From NCBI GenBank assembly GCA_013359125.1, contig JABWCR010000006.1:12643-76642 (forward strand): 64,000 nt of DNA, in the 5' to 3' direction. A model generated the notes under the pieces. That model saw only the letters and a list, made by a program, of their open reading frames with translations, was not told the DNA's origin and searched no databases. This document shows positions 16,888 to 26,852 of this stretch, piece by piece. Position 1 is the stretch's first letter. Every line of letters begins with the position of its first letter. This DNA comes from Armatimonadota bacterium. Its GTDB lineage: Bacteria; Armatimonadota; Fimbriimonadia; Fimbriimonadales; GBS-DC. A program made the translations under genes and the position numbers.

Positions 16888-19800
16888 TCAGGCGATTGGT
16901 TCCCCTACAGGATCAACGGCCATCTCGACGACCGCCCGAGTCTCATCGACCGGATCGCCCGCTTTGTACGGCACGATGCGCGAGACCCCAGAGACCATGG
17001 TAACGCCGACCCAGGTCTTGGCGCGTCCGATGGTAACCGGATTGTGCGTAACGACCAAGGTTTGGCTGGTCTTGGCCAGTTCCTCTACGTGATCGACAAA
17101 TCGCTCGACGTTGCGACCGTCCAGAGCGGCGTCTACCTCGTCTAGCACGCAGAACGGGCTTGGATTGACATCGAGGAACGCAAAGAGCAAGGAGGCCGCC
17201 GTTAGGGCGCGCTCGCCGCCGCTCAGCAGTTCGAGTCTTTGGCGCCGCTTGTTGGGGGGCTGGGCTTCGATGACGACCCCGGCGCTCAACGGATCGTCGG
17301 GGTCGGTTACGATCAGATCGCACTGTCCTCCGCCAAAGAGGCGGGCAAAGCGATCCTGGAAGGCGGCGCGAATGCGGTCGAGGGCTTGTTCGAACTGCTC
17401 TCTTGCCGATCCGTCCATCTCCTGCAGACTCTGCTTGATCCGATCGTGCGACAGCGCCAAGTCCTCGCGCTGTGTCATTAGTTGATCGTGCCGTTCCGAA
17501 AGCCGCTCAAACTCCTCGACCGCGCCCAGATTGACATCGCCCATTGCCATCATGGACCGGCGGAGCGAGCGAATTCGATCTTCGACCCCTGTCGCCTCGG
17601 ATTCCCAACTCTTATCGGGTTCTCCGATGGGATCGTCGCCGAACTCCTGCTCCCATCGCTCTTTCAGCTCGGCGATTCGCGCCTCGGCTCTTGCCGACTG
17701 AAGCTCCAACTCGCGATCTTTGCGCGAGAGCGAAGAAAGGTCGGATCGCATTTGCCGAATCTTGTCGGCCAGTTGGTATCCCAACTCCAACTGTTCCTGT
17801 CGCTTGGTTTTTAGGTCGGCGGCTTGTTTCTCGGCGGCTTGAAGCTGCAGATCGGCTTGGGCGCGCTCGATTAGGATGGTCGCTTCGCGCTTCTCGATCT
17901 CTTTGAGTTCGCTGCCGACCTGCGCGATACGGCCTTCCAGCTCTGTTCGTCTGATTTCTTCGTTCGCACGGTGGCGCTCAAGTTCTTTTGTTTCGCCCGT
18001 TAGAACCTCTCGCTCGCGTCGGCGCTCCGCATCGCGGCTGCGCGATACGGCCAGTTCGCTTGTAATCTGCTCTATCTGGGCTCTCAGATCGTCCATATTG
18101 AGGGCGATCTGGTCCGGGTCGTACTCGGTCGCCATTGAGGCCGCATCGTCTGCGATTCTAAGGGCCTGCCGGACTTCGTCCAGTCGTTTTTGGGCATCGG
18201 CAAGCGACTTGTGCGCCGCTTGTTCCTCTGCCCGGGCGCCCGCTAGTCGGGTCGAATGGTCGTTGAGCTGGGTCGTGAGGCTTGATGCTTGCTCAAGCAA
18301 GGCGGCCTCTTCGCTCATAGCTATCGATCTGGCTTGCTCAATCGCGTCGATCTGAGTTTGGATCTGCGTTAGACGATCGCGAGCGCTGTCGTATTCCGCC
18401 CTCATCCAGATTGCGCCTCGCTTCTCGATGCTGCCGCCAAACAGGGCGCCTGCGGCGCTTACCGATTCTCCATCGATTGTAACGACCCGTTCGATGTCTG
18501 GATCGCGCTTGGCAACTCGGATCGCTTCTTCCAGGTTCTCCGCAAGCGCCACGCTGTCGAAGAACGACTTGAGCTCGCCTTCCAGATGCTGGCTGAGGCA
18601 GTTTGGACAGCGCTTGCGCTCTGACATCAGTTCCAAAGGCAAGAAGGTTGCAGAACCCAGATCGTTCTCTCTCAGGTATCGGATCGCGGCGAGCGCTTGA
18701 TCGACCGAATCGCAGACAAAGGCATCTGCCAGAGCGCCGAGCGCGGCGGATAAGGCCAATCGGTGGCGGTCGTCGGTCGATATCGTCTCGGCAGCGCGGC
18801 GATAGACCGGCGGCAAGTTGCCGTTGGCGATCGCGCTCAAGATGGCCTGAACCCCTGCTTCCGAGTCTTCGCCAGACTTCAGCGCGCCTTCGATAACTTC
18901 CAGGCGGCCGGATTCGCGATCGAATTCGGACTTCAGCAAGCCTGCCTGATCGGTTAAGTTCTTGACCGATCGGCTTGCTTCGGCCGTCTTTGAACGGAGG
19001 CCTTCTAACTGCGCCTTAAGGCCCTCCGCACGCTCTTCGATCGAGCTTCTCGACATTTGGGCCGCTTCAGCGTTGCCAGCCGCCTCGTCCAAGGCGTTCA
19101 GGAGATCGGCCTCCTCTGAGCGGAGCCGTTCGATGGTCGCCTTTGACTGCTCGATGCTGAGTCGCTCTTCGGTAACTTGCTTCCACAGTCGTTCCAACTG
19201 GCTTCGTTCGTCCTCGAGTTTGGCTCTGGCTTGCTCCAGTTCTGCGGCTTGACGCTCGCCGTCGGGGGCCGATGCGAGTTCGGTCAGGCGCCTTGCCGAC
19301 TCTTCGAGTTCTGATGCGAGCCTTTCGCACCGCTCTGCGACGCCGGCAATCTCGGAACGGGTCACCTCGATCAACTCGCTGATCGTTTCGCGACGCTGCT
19401 GAGCGAGATTCCATTGACCTTCTAATCTCTCTAAAGCGCTGTGCATCCCGCTCTGGACGACGCGTATCGCGTCGAGCTCGGCATCGATCTCAGCGACTGC
19501 CAAACCGCCTTGTTCTGCCAACTGTTCCTGCTGTTCGATCAGCATCTCTAAGTTGGTCATTTGCGAATCGAGCGCTTCGCGCCTAGAGTCTGCATCAGCC
19601 AGGACTGCTTCGGATAGGCGCATTTCATTGCTCAGAAAGCGGCGGTCGAGGAGCGTCAGTTCGTCACGGAGTTCGCGATATCGGACGGCGCGTTCGGCTT
19701 CGAGCCGCATCGGCTCTCGCTGCCGATCCAATTCGGCAATCACGTCTTCGGCTCGTTGCAGGTGCATTCGCGCCGTCTCCAGGTCGCGAAGGGTCTCTCT

Positions 19801-20328
19801 CCTTCGGTGCCGGTAGCCTGCCACGCCTGCGGCCTCTTCGATCCATTGTCGCCGCTCTTCGGGAGTCGCGGCTAGAAAGCTCTCGACATCGCCCTGGCCA
19901 ATGATCGCATAGCCGCCTCGCCCCAGCCCGGTGCCTGCAAAGAGGTCGGCCACGTCTTTGAGCCTGCAGGGGGTTTTATTGATCCAGCAGTCCCACTCGC
20001 CGTTGCGATAGAGCCGCCGGGTTACTTGCACCTCTTCGGCGTTCAACGGCAACCAGCGCGATTCGTTGTCGAAGAGCAGGCTGACCTCGGCCAGGCCGGT
20101 AGGTTTTGTATCGGTGGAGCCGGCAAAGACGACTTCGGTCGCAGAGCCTGCCCTCAGGGCGCGAGGGGAAATCTCGCCCAGCGCCCAGACGATCGCGTCA
20201 ACGAGGTTGCTCTTGCCGCAACCGTTCGGCCCAACCACAGCGGTCAGATCGCCGTCCAGGTCGATCTCCGTGCGATTGGCGAACGTCTTAAAGCCTTGAA
20301 TTCGAATCCTTTTGAGAGCGATGGGCAT
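16888..20328 (-). CDS. smc: chromosome segregation protein SMC
   Basis: 1146 aa. Walker A GPNGCGKSN, long coiled coils with a hinge, C-terminal LSGGE signature and Walker B LDEVDAALD. Confidence 0.95.
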   Translation of the reverse strand: MPIALKRIRIQGFKTFANRTEIDLDGDLTAVVGPNGCGKSNLVDAIVWALGEISPRALRAGSATEVVFAGSTDTKPTGLAEVSLLFDNESRWLPLNAEEVQVTRRLYRNGEWDCWINKTPCRLKDVADLFAGTGLGRGGYAIIGQGDVESFLAATPEERRQWIEEAAGVAGYRHRRRETLRDLETARMHLQRAEDVIAELDRQREPMRLEAERAVRYRELRDELTLLDRRFLSNEMRLSEAVLADADSRREALDSQMTNLEMLIEQQEQLAEQGGLAVAEIDAELDAIRVVQSGMHSALERLEGQWNLAQQRRETISELIEVTRSEIAGVAERCERLASELEESARRLTELASAPDGERQAAELEQARAKLEDERSQLERLWKQVTEERLSIEQSKATIERLRSEEADLLNALDEAAGNAEAAQMSRSSIEERAEGLKAQLEGLRSKTAEASRSVKNLTDQAGLLKSEFDRESGRLEVIEGALKSGEDSEAGVQAILSAIANGNLPPVYRRAAETISTDDRHRLALSAALGALADAFVCDSVDQALAAIRYLRENDLGSATFLPLELMSERKRCPNCLSQHLEGELKSFFDSVALAENLEEAIRVAKRDPDIERVVTIDGESVSAAGALFGGSIEKRGAIWMRAEYDSARDRLTQIQTQIDAIEQARSIAMSEEAALLEQASSLTTQLNDHSTRLAGARAEEQAAHKSLADAQKRLDEVRQALRIADDAASMATEYDPDQIALNMDDLRAQIEQITSELAVSRSRDAERRREREVLTGETKELERHRANEEIRRTELEGRIAQVGSELKEIEKREATILIERAQADLQLQAAEKQAADLKTKRQEQLELGYQLADKIRQMRSDLSSLSRKDRELELQSARAEARIAELKERWEQEFGDDPIGEPDKSWESEATGVEDRIRSLRRSMMAMGDVNLGAVEEFERLSERHDQLMTQREDLALSHDRIKQSLQEMDGSAREQFEQALDRIRAAFQDRFARLFGGGQCDLIVTDPDDPLSAGVVIEAQPPNKRRQRLELLSGGERALTAASLLFAFLDVNPSPFCVLDEVDAALDGRNVERFVDHVEELAKTSQTLVVTHNPVTIGRAKTWVGVTMVSGVSRIVPYKAGDPVDETRAVVEMAVDPVGEPIA

Positions 20329-20469
20329 CCGTTCCGTCCATCATCCGATACTACGGGTTGTATTATGCACGATGGAAGCAAGAAAGATGTTGGGATTCCT
20401 TTGTTGGTCGCGCTGTATAGACAACGGCGCGCGACTTTCTGCCGGGTAGACTTGGTCCGGAGGGATCTT

Positions 20470-21234
20470 ATGATTACAGCGACCCGATTCTTATTAAAGT
20501 CTCTGATGGTTGTTTTGGCAGGGAGTCTCGTTCAGTTTCCTTGCGCCGGGCAAACATGCGACCGTCGAGAGACCCTATTGACCTATTCTGGCGACCTGCG
20601 AGGGGTTACGGCTTTGGCGCATTCGCCTGATGGCTCGACATTAGCCGTAGGCACTGCCGTGATGCTGAGTTCCGGGACTCTCAGAACGCGATATTCGGGC
20701 GGAACGGTCGTCTTGATGGATCTAGCCACTTCGGATATTCGGACCGTTTTTGAAGTTGCCAGTAGCGACGGAGTCACGGCTTTGGCGTTTTCTCCCGACG
20801 GACGCCGGTTGGCGATCGGCGTTACGCGAATGCTTGGGGACGGAACGCTGGGAACGCGATACTTGTCAGGCACGGTCTATTTGTACGACATTGAGCAAAA
20901 CGTCTGGGTTACGGCCTACTCAGAGACAATTAACAACCCTGGCGTAACGAGCCTTAGCTTCAGCCCGTTAGGAAGCCATCTTGCGATCGGAATCTCGCGA
21001 GTTAGGAGCGATGGCGTTGCAGGAACTCGATTTGTGGGCGCTTCCGTCGTTACGATTCGGTACCCATTGGCCGATGTCAACGGCGACCTTTGCACCGACG
21101 ACAGCGATCTTGCGGCGGTATTGCTCGCATTTGGTCAGTCCGGCATCAATTTGCCGGAAGACGTCAACTGTAGCGGAACGGTCGATGACGCCGACCTGGC
21201 GCTTCTCCTATTCGATTTCGGCACTGGCTGTTAG
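20470..21234 (+). CDS. secreted repeat protein (SPDG-type beta-propeller-like repeats) with C-terminal dockerin-like module
   Basis: GGAGG before ATG 20470. Signal peptide MITATRFLLKSLMVVLAGSLV. Four ~45-aa repeats (GVTALAxSPDGxxLAxG...GTLxTRYxxGTV). C-terminal DVNGD...FGTGC. Confidence 0.6.
   Translation: MITATRFLLKSLMVVLAGSLVQFPCAGQTCDRRETLLTYSGDLRGVTALAHSPDGSTLAVGTAVMLSSGTLRTRYSGGTVVLMDLATSDIRTVFEVASSDGVTALAFSPDGRRLAIGVTRMLGDGTLGTRYLSGTVYLYDIEQNVWVTAYSETINNPGVTSLSFSPLGSHLAIGISRVRSDGVAGTRFVGASVVTIRYPLADVNGDLCTDDSDLAAVLLAFGQSGINLPEDVNCSGTVDDADLALLLFDFGTGC
21064..21231 (+). other. dockerin-like double Ca-binding module, copy 1
   Basis: PLADVNGDLCTDDSDLAAVLLAFGQSGINLPEDVNCSGTVDDADLALLLFDFGTGC. 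Confidence 0.55.
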
Positions 21235-21397
21235 GTATTGGCACGGAACTTCGCGATGGCCTATTCGTCTTCTATCTAGCACTTTCCGGCAGGCGGCTCC
21301 GCACACTTCGATTGGTTACGTTCCGGCCAATCTATGGTAAAATTCCTTGTAACAGCCGGAGCGGAGTTCCTGCTGGACACAAAAGGAGGCTTTTGTT

Positions 21398-22084
21398 ATG
21401 AAACGCTTAATTCCGGGGCTTGCCCTTGGACTCTTGCTGACGTTTGGAGCGACCGCGCAGGATCAGGGCGGCAACAAGAACAGCCAGCCGACGCCTCCGG
21501 GCAACGTCATTGCGCCCGCGCGGCCGGCGACCGGCATCACCCCTCAGGCGCTGACCGTTTCGCTCGGTCTCAATGCCGATCAGCGCGCTCGCGTCGAGCG
21601 GATGTATCAGGATTGGCAAGATCGCAACAACCAAATTAAGGCGGACGGCGGCTTGACTCAGGATCAGCGGCTGCAGCGCATGATGAAGAGCCGCGACGAG
21701 TATATTACCCAGGTGCGCGGGCAACTGACCGACGAGCAGAAGGTCAAGTTCGAAGAGGTTTTGAAGACCGACACCTCCGGCGCCGCGCAGGAGTTTACGC
21801 TCAACGCCGAACAACGGCAGAAGATTCTCGAAATCACCAAGCGCTACAACAAGATCAAGGCCGAAAAGATGGAGGATCCCAAGCTGAATCCTCAGGATCG
21901 CCAGAAGGCCATTCGCGAGGTCGAGAAGCAGATGCTCGACGAGATCAAGGGCGTCTTTACGCCCGAGCAGCGCGCCCGATTCGAGGAGCGGCAGAAGAAT
22001 CTGGAAGAGGCCAAGGCCAAAGAAGCCAAGCCCGCAGAGAAGAAGCCTGAAAGCAAAGAGGGCGACAAGAAGGGCGATAAGTAG
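21398..22084 (+). CDS. secreted Spy/CpxP-like LTXXQ-repeat protein
   Basis: Signal peptide MKRLIPGLALGLLLTFGATAQ. Six L(T/N)xxQ(R/K) helix motifs (LNADQRARV, LTQDQRLQR, LTDEQKVKF, LNAEQRQKI, LNPQDRQKA, FTPEQRARF). Lys-rich tail. Confidence 0.6.
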   Translation: MKRLIPGLALGLLLTFGATAQDQGGNKNSQPTPPGNVIAPARPATGITPQALTVSLGLNADQRARVERMYQDWQDRNNQIKADGGLTQDQRLQRMMKSRDEYITQVRGQLTDEQKVKFEEVLKTDTSGAAQEFTLNAEQRQKILEITKRYNKIKAEKMEDPKLNPQDRQKAIREVEKQMLDEIKGVFTPEQRARFEERQKNLEEAKAKEAKPAEKKPESKEGDKKGDK

Positions 22085-22090
22085 TTTGCC

Positions 22091-22127
22091 GAGATAGGCC
22101 GATCTTGCGCTCGGCCTATCTCTTTTT
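22091..22127 (+). terminator. intrinsic terminator
   Basis: Perfect 12-bp stem GAGATAGGCCGA/TCGGCCTATCTC, 8-nt loop, then TTTTT. Confidence 0.75.
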
Positions 22128-22192
22128 GAACAGCGCCAGAACCACGTCCCCGTCAAACTTCATCTTTTTCAACTCGTCCACGATTTTTAGCC

Positions 22193-23920
22193 TCATAGAG
22201 CATCGATCTCCCGCGGGTGCTTGTACTGTTCCCTTCTCTTCTGCACAAGAAAGTCCATCACTTGCAAGGGATCGAAGCCCAAGCGAACGAGGCTCTCGCG
22301 AATCATCTCGGAAGCGGCCTCGAACTCGCCGAAGATGACGGCGATGGCGCCCGCTTCTCTGATTTTGGCCATATCCTTGCCGCGATGGACTCTGGCAATA
22401 ATAGGGAGATTCGGCTCCATTTGTTTGAGCCTATTGACGACCATGGCGGCAGCATCGCCGTCTGGCAGCGCAACGATGGCCAGTTGCACTTTGTGAGCGC
22501 CTGCGCGCTGCAGCACTATATCGGACGAAGCGTCCCCGTAGAGCACAACGACATTGTCGCTGTGGGGGTGGTGGAAAGCGGTTTCGTCGTAATCGACCGC
22601 CACATGAGCGACGCCCATCGAGGCCAGAGCCTCGGACAAGTATCGACCGACCCTGCCGAATCCCAAGATTGCGACTTGCGGATGGAATGCGCGCAGTTTT
22701 TCCAGTTCGTCGTGCTCCCGAGGGCTGCGGTTAAAGAGTCTGGCGATCGCTGGCCATCGGATGAGCCTCGAGTAGATTTTGGGGGAGATCTGATAGAGGA
22801 ACGGTGCAAGCAATAGCGAGACGAGCGCCGAAGACAAGATGATCGAGCCCATTTCGTTCGAGATCAGGCCGCGGCTTGCACCGAATGTGGTCAGGACAAA
22901 GGTGAACTCGCCGATGTGCGCAAGCCCCAAGGCCGAAATGGTCGCTGTGCGTCCGTGCCAACCTGCTGCAAGGAGCACGGTCGCAACCAGGAGAGCCTTG
23001 ACGATCAGGATCAGACCGAGCGTTGCTAGCACGGAGGGCCACTGTTTGACGAGACTCTGGAGATCCAGCAGCATTCCGACCGAAACGAAGAACATCGAGG
23101 CGAAGACGTCTCTGAGCGGCCGAACCTGGCTGAAAGCTTCGTGCGCGTAATCCGATTCGCTGATCATCAGTCCCGCCATAAAGGCGCCGATCTCCACGCC
23201 GAGGCCCGCTTCCTGGGCCACGATGCTCACGATGAGACAGGAGCATACGATCGTTAAGAGGAAGAGTTCGCGACTGCGTCGATGCGCCACAGCGTGGAGG
23301 ATGCGCGGCATTCCCTTGGTGGCCACAATGATCGTGCCGACCAAGAAAAGCGCCGCTTTGCCGATCGCTATCAAGACCTGTCCGAAATCGTCTGGGGAGT
23401 AGTTGGGGCCAAAAGCCGGCAACAGTGCGATCATGAGGATCACGGCCAAGTCTTGCGCGATCAACAGAGCCAGCATCGCTTTGCCGTGCGAAGAGTGGAG
23501 TTCGCCCCGTTCTTCCAACACCTTCATCATGACCGCGGTTGAACTGAGCGCCAAGCCGCAACCCAAGAAAACGCCCTGAAACAGGGTCCAGCCGAGGAAG
23601 TTGGCCACTAGCGCTCCGACCGCAACCATGCCGAGAATCTGCGCGCTGCCGGCAAAGAGCGCCGTGCGCCAAACCGAACGAAGCTCCTCGAGAGAAAACT
23701 GCACCCCGACCGCGAACATCAAGAGCGCGGCGCCTAGTTCGGCGACTAGTTCGACCGCCTCAGGGCTTGCCGAAAAGCCAGGCGCATAGATGCCCACCAC
23801 TACGCCAGCGGCCAAGTAGCCGACTAACGGGGGAAGTTTGGCAAGATTGGCGGCCAGTCCGCCCACCAATCCGGCCACCAATGCTGCTCCGACGCCGGAC
23901 AGAAAGATGTGGCCGTCCAT
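22193..23920 (-). CDS. CPA2-family cation:proton antiporter with TrkA-N/TrkA-C (RCK) domains (Kef-type)
   Basis: 575 aa. About 12 TM N-terminal domain, then Rossmann motif ILGFGRVGRYL and a C-terminal RCK-C-like region. Confidence 0.85.
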   Translation of the reverse strand: MDGHIFLSGVGAALVAGLVGGLAANLAKLPPLVGYLAAGVVVGIYAPGFSASPEAVELVAELGAALLMFAVGVQFSLEELRSVWRTALFAGSAQILGMVAVGALVANFLGWTLFQGVFLGCGLALSSTAVMMKVLEERGELHSSHGKAMLALLIAQDLAVILMIALLPAFGPNYSPDDFGQVLIAIGKAALFLVGTIIVATKGMPRILHAVAHRRSRELFLLTIVCSCLIVSIVAQEAGLGVEIGAFMAGLMISESDYAHEAFSQVRPLRDVFASMFFVSVGMLLDLQSLVKQWPSVLATLGLILIVKALLVATVLLAAGWHGRTATISALGLAHIGEFTFVLTTFGASRGLISNEMGSIILSSALVSLLLAPFLYQISPKIYSRLIRWPAIARLFNRSPREHDELEKLRAFHPQVAILGFGRVGRYLSEALASMGVAHVAVDYDETAFHHPHSDNVVVLYGDASSDIVLQRAGAHKVQLAIVALPDGDAAAMVVNRLKQMEPNLPIIARVHRGKDMAKIREAGAIAVIFGEFEAASEMIRESLVRLGFDPLQVMDFLVQKRREQYKHPREIDAL

Positions 23921-23954
23921 CGAATCTTAGTTCGACTTGGGCCGGTCGCATCCT

Positions 23955-25166
23955 CTACTTGATGTTGCCCATCAGGCTGTAAATGGGGGAAATAACGGAC
24001 ATGGCGAAAACGCCGATCACGACGCCGAGCGCCAGCACCATGATCGGCTCTAGGATCGACGTCAGCCCTTTCAGGCGTTGTTGCACCTCGTCGTCGTAGA
24101 ACTCCACAACCTCGCCCAACATTTCGGGCAGCGCGCCTGTTTTTTCGCCCGCGGCGACCAGTTGCAGCACGATGGTCGGAAACTCGTTCGTCTCCTTCAT
24201 CGAATGGGCGAGAGGCAGGCCGCTTTCGGCGTCCATCTTGACTTTCGTCAACGCCCGCTCCATTCTTCGGTCGCCCGACGTTTCGGCTGCGATCTCGATC
24301 GACCGCCCCAAATTGACGCCCGATGCAATCAGCGTCTGGAGGGCCGACAGCGACCGGGTCAGCACCACCTTGCGCGTCAAATCGCCTACCATCGGCAGTC
24401 GCGCAATCCAATAGCCGACCGGCTCTCTAAACTTTGGCAGCTGCCACAATCCGTACAATGCGATCAAGACGACTAGCGGAGACGCCAGAGCGATAATCTT
24501 GTATCGGTCCCCCAATGTGCCAAGGAAAACAAGCGCCTGGGTGGTTACTGGAAGATCGACTTTCATCTGCTTGAACATCTCGGCAAACTTCGGCATGATA
24601 AAAGCGATCATGTAGGCAAAGGCGAACATCGTGGCGATCAGGATCGATGCGGGATACATCATTGCCGACTTGACCCGTCGTTGAAGCCCGAGCGCCTCGT
24701 TCAGGTAGTCTGCGGCGCGCTTCAAGATCGTATCCAGATTGCCGCCGGTTTCCGCGGCCTGCACCAGGTTGACGTAAAGCTTAGGAAACACGGTCGGACG
24801 ACGGCGCATCGCTTCGGACAGGGATCTTCCCTCTTCGACCTCGGCCTTTACTTGATCGAGCGACTCCTTGAGAACGCCGGGCTTCATGTGCTCGCCCAAT
24901 GCTCGCAGCGACTCCAGAATCGGCACTCCTGCGCGCACCATGACTGCGAACTCTCGGCTGAAGGCCACGAGTTCGTCCATCCGCGCGCGCTTTAAGGATT
25001 TGAGGCGTTGGGCTATCGGAGCATCGTTTCCGCCCGATTTAAGCATCATGACGAAGCAACCGTCGCGATGGAGGGCCTCTAAGGCAGCCTGCTGCGAAGC
25101 CGCCTCAAGGCTCACTTTTCTTTGCTCGCCGCTCTGCGTTCGAACTCTTCCGACAAATGTAGGCAT
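23955..25166 (-). CDS. pilC: type IV pilus/T2SS platform protein (GspF/PilC family)
   Basis: 403 aa with the duplicated GspF-type architecture and 3 TM segments. Follows the ATPase gene after a 6-nt gap. Confidence 0.85.
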   Translation of the reverse strand: MPTFVGRVRTQSGEQRKVSLEAASQQAALEALHRDGCFVMMLKSGGNDAPIAQRLKSLKRARMDELVAFSREFAVMVRAGVPILESLRALGEHMKPGVLKESLDQVKAEVEEGRSLSEAMRRRPTVFPKLYVNLVQAAETGGNLDTILKRAADYLNEALGLQRRVKSAMMYPASILIATMFAFAYMIAFIMPKFAEMFKQMKVDLPVTTQALVFLGTLGDRYKIIALASPLVVLIALYGLWQLPKFREPVGYWIARLPMVGDLTRKVVLTRSLSALQTLIASGVNLGRSIEIAAETSGDRRMERALTKVKMDAESGLPLAHSMKETNEFPTIVLQLVAAGEKTGALPEMLGEVVEFYDDEVQQRLKGLTSILEPIMVLALGVVIGVFAMSVISPIYSLMGNIK

Positions 25167-25172
25167 TGTTTT

Positions 25173-26852
25173 TTAGGCCGCCAACCTTATCGGAGGGGCG
25201 GATTCTTCGGCTTCCATCTCTTCCAAATCGTTGGCCACGACGCGGAAGAGTTCCTCGATCGAAGTTCTGCCTTCGATCACGTGTCTCGCCGCGTCTTGAT
25301 AAAGAGGAACCATCCCGCCTTCTGTGGCGCATTGACGGATGACCGATGTCGATTCGCGCCGCATAACCGCCTTCCTCACGGCATCGTCCATCAGCAGGCA
25401 TTCCAAAATGACGGTTCGGCCTCGATAGCCTGAAAAATTGCACCGATGACAGCCGACAGCGCCAAAAGTACGGACGCCGTCGAACGACACGCCCAACCGT
25501 GCTGCCAAAGCCGGGTCGGGCGCGGCATCCGTCTTACAATCGGGGCACAACAGCCTAATAAGCCTTTGCGAGCAAACACCGACCAGCGCCGAAGCCAACA
25601 AGAACGGCTCTATGCCCATCTCCAGCAGGCGACCGGGCGCGCCCGATGCCTCGTTGGCATGAAGGGTCGAAAACACCATGTGGCCCGTGAGAGCGGCTTC
25701 GATGGCCACTTCCGCCGTTTCTTGGTCTCGAATCTCGCCCACCAGCACCACATCGGGGTCTTGGCGCAAGATCGAACGCAGGCCGTTGGCGAACGTCATC
25801 CCAGCCTTGACGTTCACGCTGCCTTGGGTAATGCCCGACAATTGGTACTCGACCGGGTCCTCGATGGTGATGATGTTGCGCTCCGCGCTGTTCAGATGGC
25901 TTAGGCAGCCGTACAGCGTCGTCGTCTTTCCGCTTCCGGTCGGGCCGCAAACCAGCATCATGCCGTAGGGTCGCTCCACAACCGTTTGAACGCGCTGAAG
26001 CGCCATCGGATGCAGGCCGAGTTTTTCGAGTTCGAATACCAGGGAGGTCTTGTCCAAGATTCGCATGACGACCTTCTCGCCGAAGATCGAGGGATAGGTC
26101 GAGACGCGCAGATCGTAGGCCTTGCCAGCGACCGAGTAGGCAATGCGTCCGTCTTGGGGCGATCGTTTTTCGGCAATATCCATCTCTGCCAAAATCTTAA
26201 TTCGGGCGACCACGCCGTCGTGCAGTTCTTTCGGGACTTCGGACGATTCTCGCAGCGCTCCGTCCACTCGGACGCGCACCCGCGAGCGGTCGGCCATCGG
26301 TTCGATATGAATGTCGCTCGACCGATCGGCGATGGCGCGGTTGAGAAGCGCCTCCACCAAGCGGACGACAGAAGCATCTTCTTCCGAATCGCTTTGGATT
26401 CGCTCCACAACGGTGCGGACGTCCTCGTCCAGCCCATAGTAGCGCATGAGGGCGTCGTGTATCTGAGTCCGCGAGGCGACCGTTACAATGACTTCTCTCC
26501 CCGTCGCCGATCGCAGATCGTCCAGCGCCATGATGTCTGCCGGATCCGACATGGCCACGACGATCTGATTGCCTTGGACTGCGACCGGCATAGCCTTGCC
26601 TCTCACCGCAACATCGCGCGGCACCGCCGCGATCGCGTCTGCAGAGGGATGCGTCGATTGAAAATCGACAAAGGGCACGTTGTAGACGGCGCTGAGCGCC
26701 TTCGCCCGATCGCTCTCCGTGATCGCGCCGACGCGAATCAGGTAATCCTCTATCTGCTCGTTGGCATCCTCCCGCTTGGCCAAAAGCTCGCCCAAGCGAC
26801 CGGCATCGATCATGCCTTCGTCAATCAGGACGTCGGTCAATCGGCGAGTCAT
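25173..26852 (-). CDS. pilB: type IV pilus/T2SS assembly ATPase (GspE/PilB family)
   Basis: N-terminal GSPII_E_N-like domain, Walker A GPTGSGKTT, tetracysteine CPDC...CHRC. Confidence 0.9.
   Translation of the reverse strand: MTRRLTDVLIDEGMIDAGRLGELLAKREDANEQIEDYLIRVGAITESDRAKALSAVYNVPFVDFQSTHPSADAIAAVPRDVAVRGKAMPVAVQGNQIVVAMSDPADIMALDDLRSATGREVIVTVASRTQIHDALMRYYGLDEDVRTVVERIQSDSEEDASVVRLVEALLNRAIADRSSDIHIEPMADRSRVRVRVDGALRESSEVPKELHDGVVARIKILAEMDIAEKRSPQDGRIAYSVAGKAYDLRVSTYPSIFGEKVVMRILDKTSLVFELEKLGLHPMALQRVQTVVERPYGMMLVCGPTGSGKTTTLYGCLSHLNSAERNIITIEDPVEYQLSGITQGSVNVKAGMTFANGLRSILRQDPDVVLVGEIRDQETAEVAIEAALTGHMVFSTLHANEASGAPGRLLEMGIEPFLLASALVGVCSQRLIRLLCPDCKTDAAPDPALAARLGVSFDGVRTFGAVGCHRCNFSGYRGRTVILECLLMDDAVRKAVMRRESTSVIRQCATEGGMVPLYQDAARHVIEGRTSIEELFRVVANDLEEMEAEESAPPIRLAA

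Noticed and set aside
21407-22156. 249-aa ORF antisense to the LTXXQ-repeat gene
   Set aside because: It is the Leu-rich mirror image of a repeat-rich gene. The plus-strand gene has a signal peptide, an RBS region and a downstream terminator.
22731-23672. 313-aa same-strand alternate-frame ORF within the Kef-type antiporter gene
   Set aside because: Arg-rich, with no start context, and fully embedded in a well-supported membrane protein gene.
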